A stretch of DNA of 30,773 nucleotides from Peptostreptococcaceae bacterium (GCA_016650115.1 JAENWI010000001.1:1-30773), one strand, 5' to 3'; shown: positions 1 to 7,443, counted from the first letter of the stretch. Translations and numbers: made by a program. The notes: generated by a model from the letters alone, not told the origin.

Positions 1-75
1 GAACACAGAAGTTAAGCTCTTTAGCGCCGATGATACTTGGCGGGCAGCTGCCTGGGAAAGTAGGACGTCGCCGGT
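1..75 (+). rRNA. rrf: 5S rRNA, 3' portion (5' end outside window)
   Basis: GAACACAGAAGTTAAGCTC (loop C/helix III), GATGATACT...GGGAAAGTAGG (loop E) and 3' helix-I strand GTCGCCGG match the bacterial 5S rRNA pattern; followed by a terminator. Confidence 0.95.
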
Positions 76-79
76 TTTA

Positions 80-113
80 GAAAAAAGACATATCTTATGG
101 TATGTCTTTTTTC
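80..113 (+). terminator. Intrinsic terminator of the rrn operon
   Basis: GAAAAAAGACATA (80-92) pairs perfectly with TATGTCTTTTTTC (101-113); U-tract on both strands. Confidence 0.9.
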
Positions 114-151
114 TATGTCTGAAAATATCAACTATTCAAAGGAGGAGATGA

Positions 152-166
152 CCGCCAAGTATCATC
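152..166 (-). repeat. Inverted 15-nt fragment of the 5S rRNA
   Basis: CCGCCAAGTATCATC is the exact reverse complement of 29-43 (GATGATACTTGGCGG). Confidence 0.85.
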
Positions 167-190
167 CTTTAAAATATATCAGCGGGCAGG

Positions 191-350
191 TGCGTATTTT
201 ACGCAGCTTTAGCTGCAGGGTAAAATACGACAGCACAGGGAACGAAGTGACCGGAGGAGCCGCAGGCGTTGCCTGTTTTACCCAGCTTTAGCTGGAGAGT
301 AAAACAGGACAGCAGGGAGCGAAGCGAGTCGGAGAGAAGCACGGAGTGCT
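191..350. repeat. Two tandem palindromic units (long stem-loop plus three cGNAg mini-hairpins), period about 79 nt
   Basis: CGTATTTTAC-GCAGC-TTTA-GCTGC-AGG-GTAAAATACG (193-229) vs CCTGTTTTAC-CCAGC-TTTA-GCTGG-AGA-GTAAAACAGG (272-308); all stem differences are compensatory. Confidence 0.85.
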
Positions 351-356
351 GAAAGT

Positions 357-387
357 TGCCTGGGAAAGTAGGACGTCGCCGGTTTTA
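357..387 (+). pseudogene. Duplicated 3' end of 5S rRNA (no 5' half)
   Basis: 31-nt exact copy of 49-79 (TGCCTGGGAAAGTAGGACGTCGCCGGTTTTA); GCGGGCAG at 182-189 matches 40-47. Confidence 0.75.
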
Positions 388-498
388 AGTGAAAGCAGTT
401 CTGAAAAGGACTGATTTTTACGTTTCAGAACGTGGCTTGAACTTATGCAACTGCGGGTAAACAATTAATGCGCAGTTGTAAACCTTATGAATAAAAGT

Positions 499-534
499 AG
501 ACATATCTTATGATATGTCTTTTTTCTATGTCTG
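499..534 (+). terminator. Second copy of the rrn terminator
   Basis: 35/36 identical to 86-121; the single change (G100 vs A513) turns a T-G pair into T-A. Confidence 0.8.
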
Positions 535-737
535 GTGAAATCAACTTATCCGAGGCAGAAGGTTTACAAATTTTCTGGAGAGAGTTAACCTTTATTTTAT
601 TAAATTATATCTCCCAAGTTAACCCGGAAGTGGGTTTGCCTCAGTTTTTCACTCTAGAAGTGGGTGCCATCAGTTTGCCAAACTGTAAATGTTTAAATTT
701 GACATTAAACACTATACTGTAAAGGTAAACTTTAATT

Positions 738-766
738 TTGCATTAATAAGTCAGTTGATGCATAAT
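738..766 (+). promoter_or_regulatory. Putative sigma-A promoter of the ROK kinase gene
   Basis: TTGCAT (738-743), 17 nt, CATAAT (761-766); RBS GGAGGT before ATG 820. Confidence 0.55.
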
Positions 767-819
767 ATAAGTGTAATATTGTGGATATTGAAAAATAAAA
801 GGTGAATTGGAGGTGAATA

Positions 820-1794
820 ATGTTTTTAGGAGCAATCGATATTGGTGGAACTAAAACAATAGTGGCAGTATGTGATGAAAAGGGTAACATAATAGAAATG
901 GAAAATTTTCCAACAGAAAATGGAGATTGGATGGTACATTTCAGAATTACCGCAGAAAAATTCATTCAGTGTGTAAATAAACTTCAAATTGATATAAATG
1001 AGGATTTATCAGGTATAGGAATTAATGTTCCAGGTATGGTTGATGAAAATGGCATTTTGATTTATGCGCCTCATCAAAACTGGAGAGATGTGCATGTGAA
1101 AGATTATTTTTCGAATTATTTCAAGACGGATAAAATAATCGTTGAAAATGATGTTAATTCGTGTGCTGTTGGAGAAATGATTTTTGGTGGCGGAGGTCAC
1201 GATTTCCTTTGGATTACAATCAGTACTGGAAATGGAGGGGCAATTATTGCAAACGGCCAATTAATTAGGGGGAATCAAAGCTGCGCCGGAGAATTTGGCC
1301 ATTTAAAAGTTGAATTTGAATCCCCAAGAAAATGTTCGTGTGGTCAATATGGTTGTCTAGAGGCTCATAGCTCCGGCACAGCTATTAAAGAACAGTTTGA
1401 AGAAGCTTTATTATATGATTTGAATTTAAAAGAAACTGTGCTTAACAAGCAAATAAAAGACGAGAAATTCAAAATTGACGCCTATGGCTTAAGCCTCTTG
1501 GCTCGAGAAGGGAATTCTGTAGCAATTGATATATTTACAAGGACGGGGATGTATCTTGGCAGGGCTATTTCGTATGGAGTTAATATTTCGAATCCACAGA
1601 CTGTTTATTTGGGGGGAGGAATTGCTGAATCACTAGATCTAATTTTACCGGCTATTATTATGGAATTGGATAAATGTGCAATAGAAGAATGTGGAAAAGT
1701 TACAATTTGCAAGACCAAATTGGGGTATAACGCTGCAATAATTGGCGCATCGGCATTGGTATATCTTCAGAAAGATATACTTGCTAATTTGTAA
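820..1794 (+). CDS. ROK-family sugar kinase (no HTH)
   Basis: N-terminal DIGGTK phosphate-1 motif, ENDVN, ISTGNGG, GEFGH, CSCGQYGCLE zinc motif, GGGIA; no N-terminal DNA-binding domain. Confidence 0.9.
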   Translation: MFLGAIDIGGTKTIVAVCDEKGNIIEMENFPTENGDWMVHFRITAEKFIQCVNKLQIDINEDLSGIGINVPGMVDENGILIYAPHQNWRDVHVKDYFSNYFKTDKIIVENDVNSCAVGEMIFGGGGHDFLWITISTGNGGAIIANGQLIRGNQSCAGEFGHLKVEFESPRKCSCGQYGCLEAHSSGTAIKEQFEEALLYDLNLKETVLNKQIKDEKFKIDAYGLSLLAREGNSVAIDIFTRTGMYLGRAISYGVNISNPQTVYLGGGIAESLDLILPAIIMELDKCAIEECGKVTICKTKLGYNAAIIGASALVYLQKDILANL

Positions 1795-1809
1795 AACTTT
1801 TATTATAAT
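1781..1809 (+). promoter_or_regulatory. Putative sigma-A promoter of the lacI-led operon
   Basis: TTGCTA (1781-1786), 17 nt, TATAAT (1804-1809). Confidence 0.7.
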
Positions 1810-1814
1810 GAAAT

Positions 1815-1828
1815 TGTAATCGTTTACA
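1815..1828. promoter_or_regulatory. LacI-family operator or cre site
   Basis: TGTAATCGTTTACA, near-palindrome with central CG, just downstream of the -10; near-identical site at 7374. Confidence 0.75.
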
Positions 1829-1862
1829 TTTTGTATAACGTTTTCAGAAGGAGGTTTCGATA

Positions 1863-2870
1863 TTGAATATTAAAGATATTGCCAGTTTGACAGGACTTTC
1901 TGTTGCTACTGTATCCAGAGTTATAAATAATCATTCAAGCGTAACCAAAGAAACCAGAGAAAAAGTTGAAAAAGTAATAAAAGAAACAGGTTATACGCCA
2001 AATTTCCTGGGCAGGAATTTACGCGTCTCTAAAACACATAAGATTCTTGTTATTATCCCAACAATAGGCAATTTGTTTTATTCGGAAATACTTGAAGCTA
2101 TTCAAGAGGCATCTACTAACTCGGGATTCAATATATTAATCGGTATTACAAATAATGACACTGAGTTGGAAAAGAAATATATGGAACTTTTAACCACAAA
2201 ACAAGTCGATGGTGCCATTTTATTTCTTTCTCGATTTGATAAAGAGATTATGACCGCCTGGTCAAAAAAATTCCCGATTGTTCAGTGTTGTGAATATACA
2301 AGAGGATCAGATGTTACGAATGTAAGCATTGACAATAAGCAAGGGGCATACGATGCTGTGTCTTATTTGATCAGTAAGGGACATACAAAAATCGGTGCAA
2401 TAAGAGGTCAGCTGTATTTTGCTTCAGAAGCGGATAGAACAGATGGATACATGCAGGCATTGTCAGATAACGGGATAGAACGTGATTTGAAATATTCCTA
2501 TGTAACAGAATATACCATGGAAGGCGGTAAGAAAGGTGCGGAGGCACTCATGAGATTAGAAAATCCGCCGACTGCCATATTTGCGTATGGTGATACAATA
2601 GCAATCGGTGTAATAAAAACATTGAAAGATATGAAAAAAATTGTAATGAATAGAAAAGATGGCAAGAGAAATGTAGCAGTGCTCGGGTTTGATGATATTC
2701 CTCTTTGCACTTTATTCACACCTACAATATCAACGGTGGAACAGCCAAAATATCAGCTCGGAGTAACTGCCTTTAATTTGTTAATGGAAAAAATGAATGA
2801 TCCGGATATGGAAAATAAATCAGTTGTCTTACCACATAGATTAATAATAAGACAATCAAGTGAATTTTAG
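1863..2870 (+). CDS. LacI/GalR-family transcriptional regulator
   Basis: HTH IKDIA...SVATVSRVIN, hinge GYTPN, periplasmic-type core ending GFDD...STVEQP; TTG start after RBS GGAGGT. Confidence 0.95.
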   Translation: MNIKDIASLTGLSVATVSRVINNHSSVTKETREKVEKVIKETGYTPNFLGRNLRVSKTHKILVIIPTIGNLFYSEILEAIQEASTNSGFNILIGITNNDTELEKKYMELLTTKQVDGAILFLSRFDKEIMTAWSKKFPIVQCCEYTRGSDVTNVSIDNKQGAYDAVSYLISKGHTKIGAIRGQLYFASEADRTDGYMQALSDNGIERDLKYSYVTEYTMEGGKKGAEALMRLENPPTAIFAYGDTIAIGVIKTLKDMKKIVMNRKDGKRNVAVLGFDDIPLCTLFTPTISTVEQPKYQLGVTAFNLLMEKMNDPDMENKSVVLPHRLIIRQSSEF

Positions 2871-2880
2871 GAGGTGTAAA

Positions 2881-4014
2881 ATGAAAAAGTATAGAGTAGG
2901 TATCATAGGTAGTGGTTTTATAGGTAGTGTTCATGTTGAAGCAGTAAGACGCCTGGGACTAGGTGAAATCGTAGCACTTACTGAAAAACAGGATGCAAAA
3001 GGAAAGGCCGAAGCACTTTATATACCTGATTATTTTGATGATTACAAAAAAATGATAGATACGAAGGAATTGGATATGGTCCATATTTGTACACCGAATA
3101 ATACCCATCATGAAATGAGCACTTATGCTTTAAAAAAAGGTGTGAATGTTATTTGTGAAAAACCAATGTGCAGGACCATTGAAGAAGGCGAAGATATGGT
3201 TAAGGTAGCGAAGGAGACAGGACTTGTCAATGCAATCAATTTTCATAACAGATTTTATCCAATGACTTATGAAATGAAAGAAAAAATTAAAATGGGACAG
3301 GTTGGCGATATTTGGTCAGTTCATGGAGTTTATCTGCAGGACTGGTTATTCCATGATACAGATTATAACTGGAGAATTGATCCGGCTTTTTCTGGTTCAA
3401 CTCGGGCTGTAGCCGATATAGGTTCACATTGGATTGATCTTGCTGAAACGGTTACAGGGTTAAAAGTCGTTGAAGTTTTTGCTGATTTTGCTACCTTCCA
3501 TAAAACCAGAAAGAAATCTCTTGATAATATTGCCTTCAGTAAAGAAAAGTCGGATATTTATGAGGAAATAAAGATTGAATCTGAGGATCATGCACATATA
3601 TTACTTAGATTTGAGAATGGTGCAGTGGGTAATGCAGTAATAAGTCAGGTGGTTGCCGGAAGAAAAAACAGAATAACTCTTAATGTAGATGGATCAGAAG
3701 AGGCTCTCTTTTGGACGACGGACGATTTGAATAATCTGTGGATTGGGCATAGAGATTCGTCAAATGAAATACTGACAAAGGACCCTAGTCTTGTCAGTAA
3801 TGCTACAATTAAACAAATAGCTTATCCCGGTGGGCATGCAGAGGGATTTCCAGATGCTTTCAAGAACAACTTCAGAGCCATTTATAAATCAATAGAAGAT
3901 AAAAGTTCGCCAATTGAGTATGCAACCTTTGCCGACGGACTCAGAGAAATGAAAATATGCGATAAGATATTTGAAAGTTATCATACAAATAAATGGGTTA
4001 AAGTTGACGAATAG
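2881..4014 (+). CDS. Gfo/Idh/MocA-family NAD(P)-dependent oxidoreductase
   Basis: GIIGSGFIG Rossmann motif, ICTPN..H, CEKP, DIGSHWID; start moved to ATG 2881 because RBS GGAGGT is at 2870-2875. Confidence 0.92.
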   Translation: MKKYRVGIIGSGFIGSVHVEAVRRLGLGEIVALTEKQDAKGKAEALYIPDYFDDYKKMIDTKELDMVHICTPNNTHHEMSTYALKKGVNVICEKPMCRTIEEGEDMVKVAKETGLVNAINFHNRFYPMTYEMKEKIKMGQVGDIWSVHGVYLQDWLFHDTDYNWRIDPAFSGSTRAVADIGSHWIDLAETVTGLKVVEVFADFATFHKTRKKSLDNIAFSKEKSDIYEEIKIESEDHAHILLRFENGAVGNAVISQVVAGRKNRITLNVDGSEEALFWTTDDLNNLWIGHRDSSNEILTKDPSLVSNATIKQIAYPGGHAEGFPDAFKNNFRAIYKSIEDKSSPIEYATFADGLREMKICDKIFESYHTNKWVKVDE

Positions 4015-4026
4015 AAAAGAAGTGAG

Positions 4027-5397
4027 ATGATGATAAAAAATTCAGTAATGAAATATACAAAAGAACTGGCAGACAATTTGGATAAAACGGATTTCAATGT
4101 TTTGACGCAAATCATTGAAAGACTTGTTGTTACAAAAATTTCTGGCAAGACTGTTTTTACTGCAGGAAATGGCGGCAGCGCATCAACAGCCTCACATATG
4201 GCCAATGATTTCATAAAAGGCTGCAGAGTGCATAATAGAGAAGGATTTAAAATACTTTGTCTTGCCGATTCAAGCGCCATAATTACTTGTTTGGCAAATG
4301 ATTTTTCATATGAGGAAATATTTTCAATCCCATTAAAAACATTGGGTAAAAAAGGAGACACGCTTGTTGTTTTCAGTGGCAGCGGGAACTCTCCCAATAT
4401 AATTAAAGCTGTTATGCAGGCAAAAGAAATGGGGATTTTCACCATTGGATTTTCTGGGAGGGACGGTGGGCAACTAAAGGGAATTTGCGACATTTTACTG
4501 ATAGCGCCGACAAACTCAATGGAACAGCTTGAGGATATGCATATGATATATGAACATGCAATGTCCTGCGCGATACAAGAAGAACTGACAGATCAATGGG
4601 GTATCGAGATTGTTAAATTCCCCCAAAAGGTAATGAAGATAAAATCAGCATTATTTGATTTTGATGGAACGGTGAGTCTTATCAGAGAAGGCTGGCAGGA
4701 TGTGATGATCCCTTATTTTATTGAAGTTCTATCTGGTACTCCTGGCGCCGAAGATTCTACAAAAATAAAAAATTGCGTCAGAGAATTTGTTGATGTTTTA
4801 ACGGGTAAACAAACAATTTTTCAGTGCATGAGGCTTGATGAAGAGGTTGTCAGACGTGGTGGAGAATCAGTAAATCCATTGATTTACAAGCAGGAATATT
4901 TAAAAAGACTTATGGAGAGAATCAGGCACAGACATGAAAAACTTAAGTTAGGTACAAACTCTGAAGAATATATTGTGAAAGGGTGTGTTGATTTACTTAA
5001 GGGACTTAGGAAAGAGGGTATTGCTATATATCTTGCAAGTGGGACAGATGAAGCAGATGTCTTAGATGAAGTGAAATTACTTGGGCTTAGCGAATATTTT
5101 GACGGTGGAATCTATGGCGCTGTGGATGGCGTGACAGATTGCTCAAAGGAACTTGTTATTAAAAAAATTATTGCGGAAAACAAAATAGAGCCTGAACAAC
5201 TTGTTTCGTTTGGAGATGGGTATGTGGAAATAGAACTTGTTAAAAATATTGGAGGCTACACCTTTGGTGTTGCAACGGATGAGGTTCGAAAAAAAGGTAT
5301 TAATGAGTGGAAAAGAAACAGATTGTTAGCAGCCGGTGCAGATGCAATAATTCCAGACTTTGAAGAAAGCCAAAAAATTATTGATTTTATTAAGTAA
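4027..5397 (+). CDS. GmhA-like SIS sugar-phosphate isomerase fused to a C-terminal HAD hydrolase
   Basis: SIS motifs GNGGSA..ASH, TCLANDFSYEEIF, SGSGNS, LEDMH; HAD motifs FDFDGT, LASGT, K, FGDGYVE. Confidence 0.88.
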   Translation: MMIKNSVMKYTKELADNLDKTDFNVLTQIIERLVVTKISGKTVFTAGNGGSASTASHMANDFIKGCRVHNREGFKILCLADSSAIITCLANDFSYEEIFSIPLKTLGKKGDTLVVFSGSGNSPNIIKAVMQAKEMGIFTIGFSGRDGGQLKGICDILLIAPTNSMEQLEDMHMIYEHAMSCAIQEELTDQWGIEIVKFPQKVMKIKSALFDFDGTVSLIREGWQDVMIPYFIEVLSGTPGAEDSTKIKNCVREFVDVLTGKQTIFQCMRLDEEVVRRGGESVNPLIYKQEYLKRLMERIRHRHEKLKLGTNSEEYIVKGCVDLLKGLRKEGIAIYLASGTDEADVLDEVKLLGLSEYFDGGIYGAVDGVTDCSKELVIKKIIAENKIEPEQLVSFGDGYVEIELVKNIGGYTFGVATDEVRKKGINEWKRNRLLAAGADAIIPDFEESQKIIDFIK

Positions 5398-5408
5398 GGA
5401 GCTGGAAA

Positions 5409-6392
5409 ATGCCATATAAAGAATTTGACAGAAGCAGGCTTGTTTTATTACCTCTGATTCAAAGAGTTCATGACGTTAATATTTCGATCATTAAAAATTT
5501 TAATGATAATGTGGAAATGATAGAAAATGAAAAGTTTGACTTGTTGGCAGAGGCAATCATTAAGGCGAAATTGAAAAAAGCAACTACCTTAATGATGTAT
5601 GGTGCGCATGTTATAAGAACCGGTAACGGGTTATATATGATAGAAATGATGAAAAGAGGACTTATTACTCACTTTGCAACAAATGGTGCTGGTGCTATTC
5701 ATGATTTCGAATTGGCTATGATAGGTGCAACCTGTGAGAGTGTAGCAAAATATATTTCTGAAGGACAATTTGGATTGTGGGAAGAAACAGGTATATTTAA
5801 TGAAGCTGTTAACCAAGGTTATGCGTTGGGTTTGGGATTTGGAGAAGCTGTTGGAAAATATATTTGGGAGCATGATTTCCCGTTTAAAGAAAAAAGCGTT
5901 TTAGCAATGGGCTATAAACTGGGTGTGCCTTGCACTGTTCATATTGGAATCGGCAACGATATTACAAATGAACTTCCAAATTGTGATGGGGCTGCGATAG
6001 GAGCCACTTCTTATAAAGATTTCCTGATATACACTGAAAGCATAACTAATTTAGAAAATGGGATTTTTCTGAACTTTGGATCTGCAGTAGCAGGACCCGA
6101 AGTGTATTTAAAGGCACTTGCCATGGCACGAAATGTCGCTAACCAGGAAAACAGAAAAATAACCAACTTTACAACAGCTGTTTTTGATCTAATCCCTATC
6201 GAAAGTGAAGATTTCACAGAAATACCACCTAAAACAGACCCCAGATATTATTTCAGACCCTGGAAAACCATTTTGTCCAGGACCGTTGCAGATGGTGGAA
6301 AAAGCTATTACATTTCCGGAGACCATGGAATTACAGTACCTAATATAGTGAAGAGGGCAATAGGGTTATATGAAAAAAATGAAAATATCTGA
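5409..6392 (+). CDS. Conserved hypothetical protein, probable deoxyhypusine-synthase-like NAD-binding fold
   Basis: MYGAHVIRTG...GLITHFATNGAGAIHD, SVLAMGYKLGVP and FLNFGSAV parallel DHS-family segments; judged by eye. Confidence 0.6.
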   Translation: MPYKEFDRSRLVLLPLIQRVHDVNISIIKNFNDNVEMIENEKFDLLAEAIIKAKLKKATTLMMYGAHVIRTGNGLYMIEMMKRGLITHFATNGAGAIHDFELAMIGATCESVAKYISEGQFGLWEETGIFNEAVNQGYALGLGFGEAVGKYIWEHDFPFKEKSVLAMGYKLGVPCTVHIGIGNDITNELPNCDGAAIGATSYKDFLIYTESITNLENGIFLNFGSAVAGPEVYLKALAMARNVANQENRKITNFTTAVFDLIPIESEDFTEIPPKTDPRYYFRPWKTILSRTVADGGKSYYISGDHGITVPNIVKRAIGLYEKNENI

Positions 6393-7368
6393 TTTCAACG
6401 TAGATAACATCATTGACAGACTAAAAAACATAGAGAAAATAACGATTACTGTAGTGGGGGATTATAGCCTGGATAAATATGTTTACAGTGATCCTGCAAG
6501 AGATGAACTTTCGGTTGAAACTGGTCTGATTGCTTATCAGATACATGATACTGCCAAGTATGCAGGGATTGGAGGAACAGTCACAAACAATCTTAGAAGC
6601 GTAGGGGCAAATGTCATTTGCATTGGACTTGTGGGAAATGATGGAGAAGGATTTGAGATGATCAGAGAACTGAAAAAAACTGGAGCAGACGTGGAAAAAA
6701 TGATAGTTTCTGACGATATCCAAACGAATACTTACCTTAAGCCAATGCGAGGACAGAACAGGCAAAATTCTGTTGAAATAAATAGGCTTGATTTTAGAAA
6801 TTTTAAAGCGACATCAAAGAATGCGGAAGATAAAATAATAAAGAACCTAAGAAAAGCTGTTTCTGTTTCACATGGTGTCATTATTACAGATCAATTTATT
6901 GATAGAAACCATGGAGTAATTACAGACAAAGTACGAACAGAAATCAGCCGAATTGCGTTAGAATATCCTAATGTATTTTTTTGTGCCGATTCCAGAGGTT
7001 TTATTAATGAGTTTAAAAATGTAATCCAGAAGTGTAATGAATTTGAGATAAAAAAAACAGTAAATAACGCAGAAAACAAGGAAACTATAAAAACTAGATT
7101 TGTTACTTTGGGAGGAAAAGGAGTAAAAATATATTCTGAAAACGAGACAGTTCTTGTCCCCAGTTTTAAGGCAAAACCTCCTTTGGACTTTTGTGGTGCA
7201 GGGGATGCTACTAATGCCGGCATCATGATTGGTCTTACTTTGGGGCTTAAAATTGAAGAATCGGTTTTACTTGGAGCCTGTATGGCTTCTATAACAATTG
7301 AGCAAATTGGTATTACGGGAGTTGCCGGTTATGATCAAATTATTAATAAAATTAATGGGAAAAAATAA
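6370..7368 (+). CDS. PfkB/ribokinase-family kinase, RfaE/HldE domain-I-like, stand-alone
   Basis: VVGDYSLDKY (cf. VVGDVMLDRY), GIGGTVTNNL, GLVGND, DFCGAGD anion hole; no cytidylyltransferase-type domain. Confidence 0.85.
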   Translation: MKKMKISDFNVDNIIDRLKNIEKITITVVGDYSLDKYVYSDPARDELSVETGLIAYQIHDTAKYAGIGGTVTNNLRSVGANVICIGLVGNDGEGFEMIRELKKTGADVEKMIVSDDIQTNTYLKPMRGQNRQNSVEINRLDFRNFKATSKNAEDKIIKNLRKAVSVSHGVIITDQFIDRNHGVITDKVRTEISRIALEYPNVFFCADSRGFINEFKNVIQKCNEFEIKKTVNNAENKETIKTRFVTLGGKGVKIYSENETVLVPSFKAKPPLDFCGAGDATNAGIMIGLTLGLKIEESVLLGACMASITIEQIGITGVAGYDQIINKINGKK

Positions 7369-7373
7369 AATGA

Positions 7374-7387
7374 TGTAAACGATTACT
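7374..7387. promoter_or_regulatory. Second LacI-family operator or cre site
   Basis: TGTAAACGATTACT is 13/14 identical to the reverse complement of 1815-1828. Confidence 0.7.
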
Positions 7388-7414
7388 ATATTGAAAAATC
7401 AAGCATTTTTAGTG

Positions 7415-7443
7415 TTGACATTGTGTTAGGAATGTGTTAATTT
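7415..7443 (+). promoter_or_regulatory. Putative promoter of the ABC transporter genes
   Basis: TTGACA (7415-7420), 17 nt, TAATTT (7438-7443) with TG at 7435-7436 (extended -10). Confidence 0.6.

Noticed and set aside
97-291. 64-aa ORF and the 70-aa ORF at 510-722 with similar N-termini (MVCLFSMS / MICLFSMS)
   Set aside because: Both ATGs lie in the loop of the duplicated terminator; the similarity comes from the DNA repeat, and there is no RBS.
191-350. Hairpin repeats as a CRISPR array
   Set aside because: Only two units, the inter-hairpin segments are homologous to each other rather than unique spacers, and the repeats differ by covariation.
621-690. GAAGTGGGT repeated at a 30-nt period with small hairpins and GGCAAAC twice on the minus strand; considered as a c-di-GMP-I riboswitch or mini-CRISPR
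   Set aside because: No GNRA/receptor P2-P3 architecture, only two degenerate units, no spacers or cas genes.
699-718. TTGACA and TATACT as a promoter
   Set aside because: Only 8 nt apart.
2860-2880. ORF-track GTG start of the oxidoreductase
   Set aside because: The RBS GGAGGT lies inside this stretch, pointing to ATG 2881.
3981-4493. 170-aa minus-strand ORF and the other antisense or out-of-frame ORFs nested in long genes
   Set aside because: Shadows of well-supported genes; no motifs, no RBS.
4027-7368. Calling the genes gmhA, gmhB and hldE of LPS core biosynthesis
   Set aside because: No adenylyltransferase, hldD or waa genes; the HAD is not GmhB-type; the context is an importer plus LacI. 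Symbols withheld.
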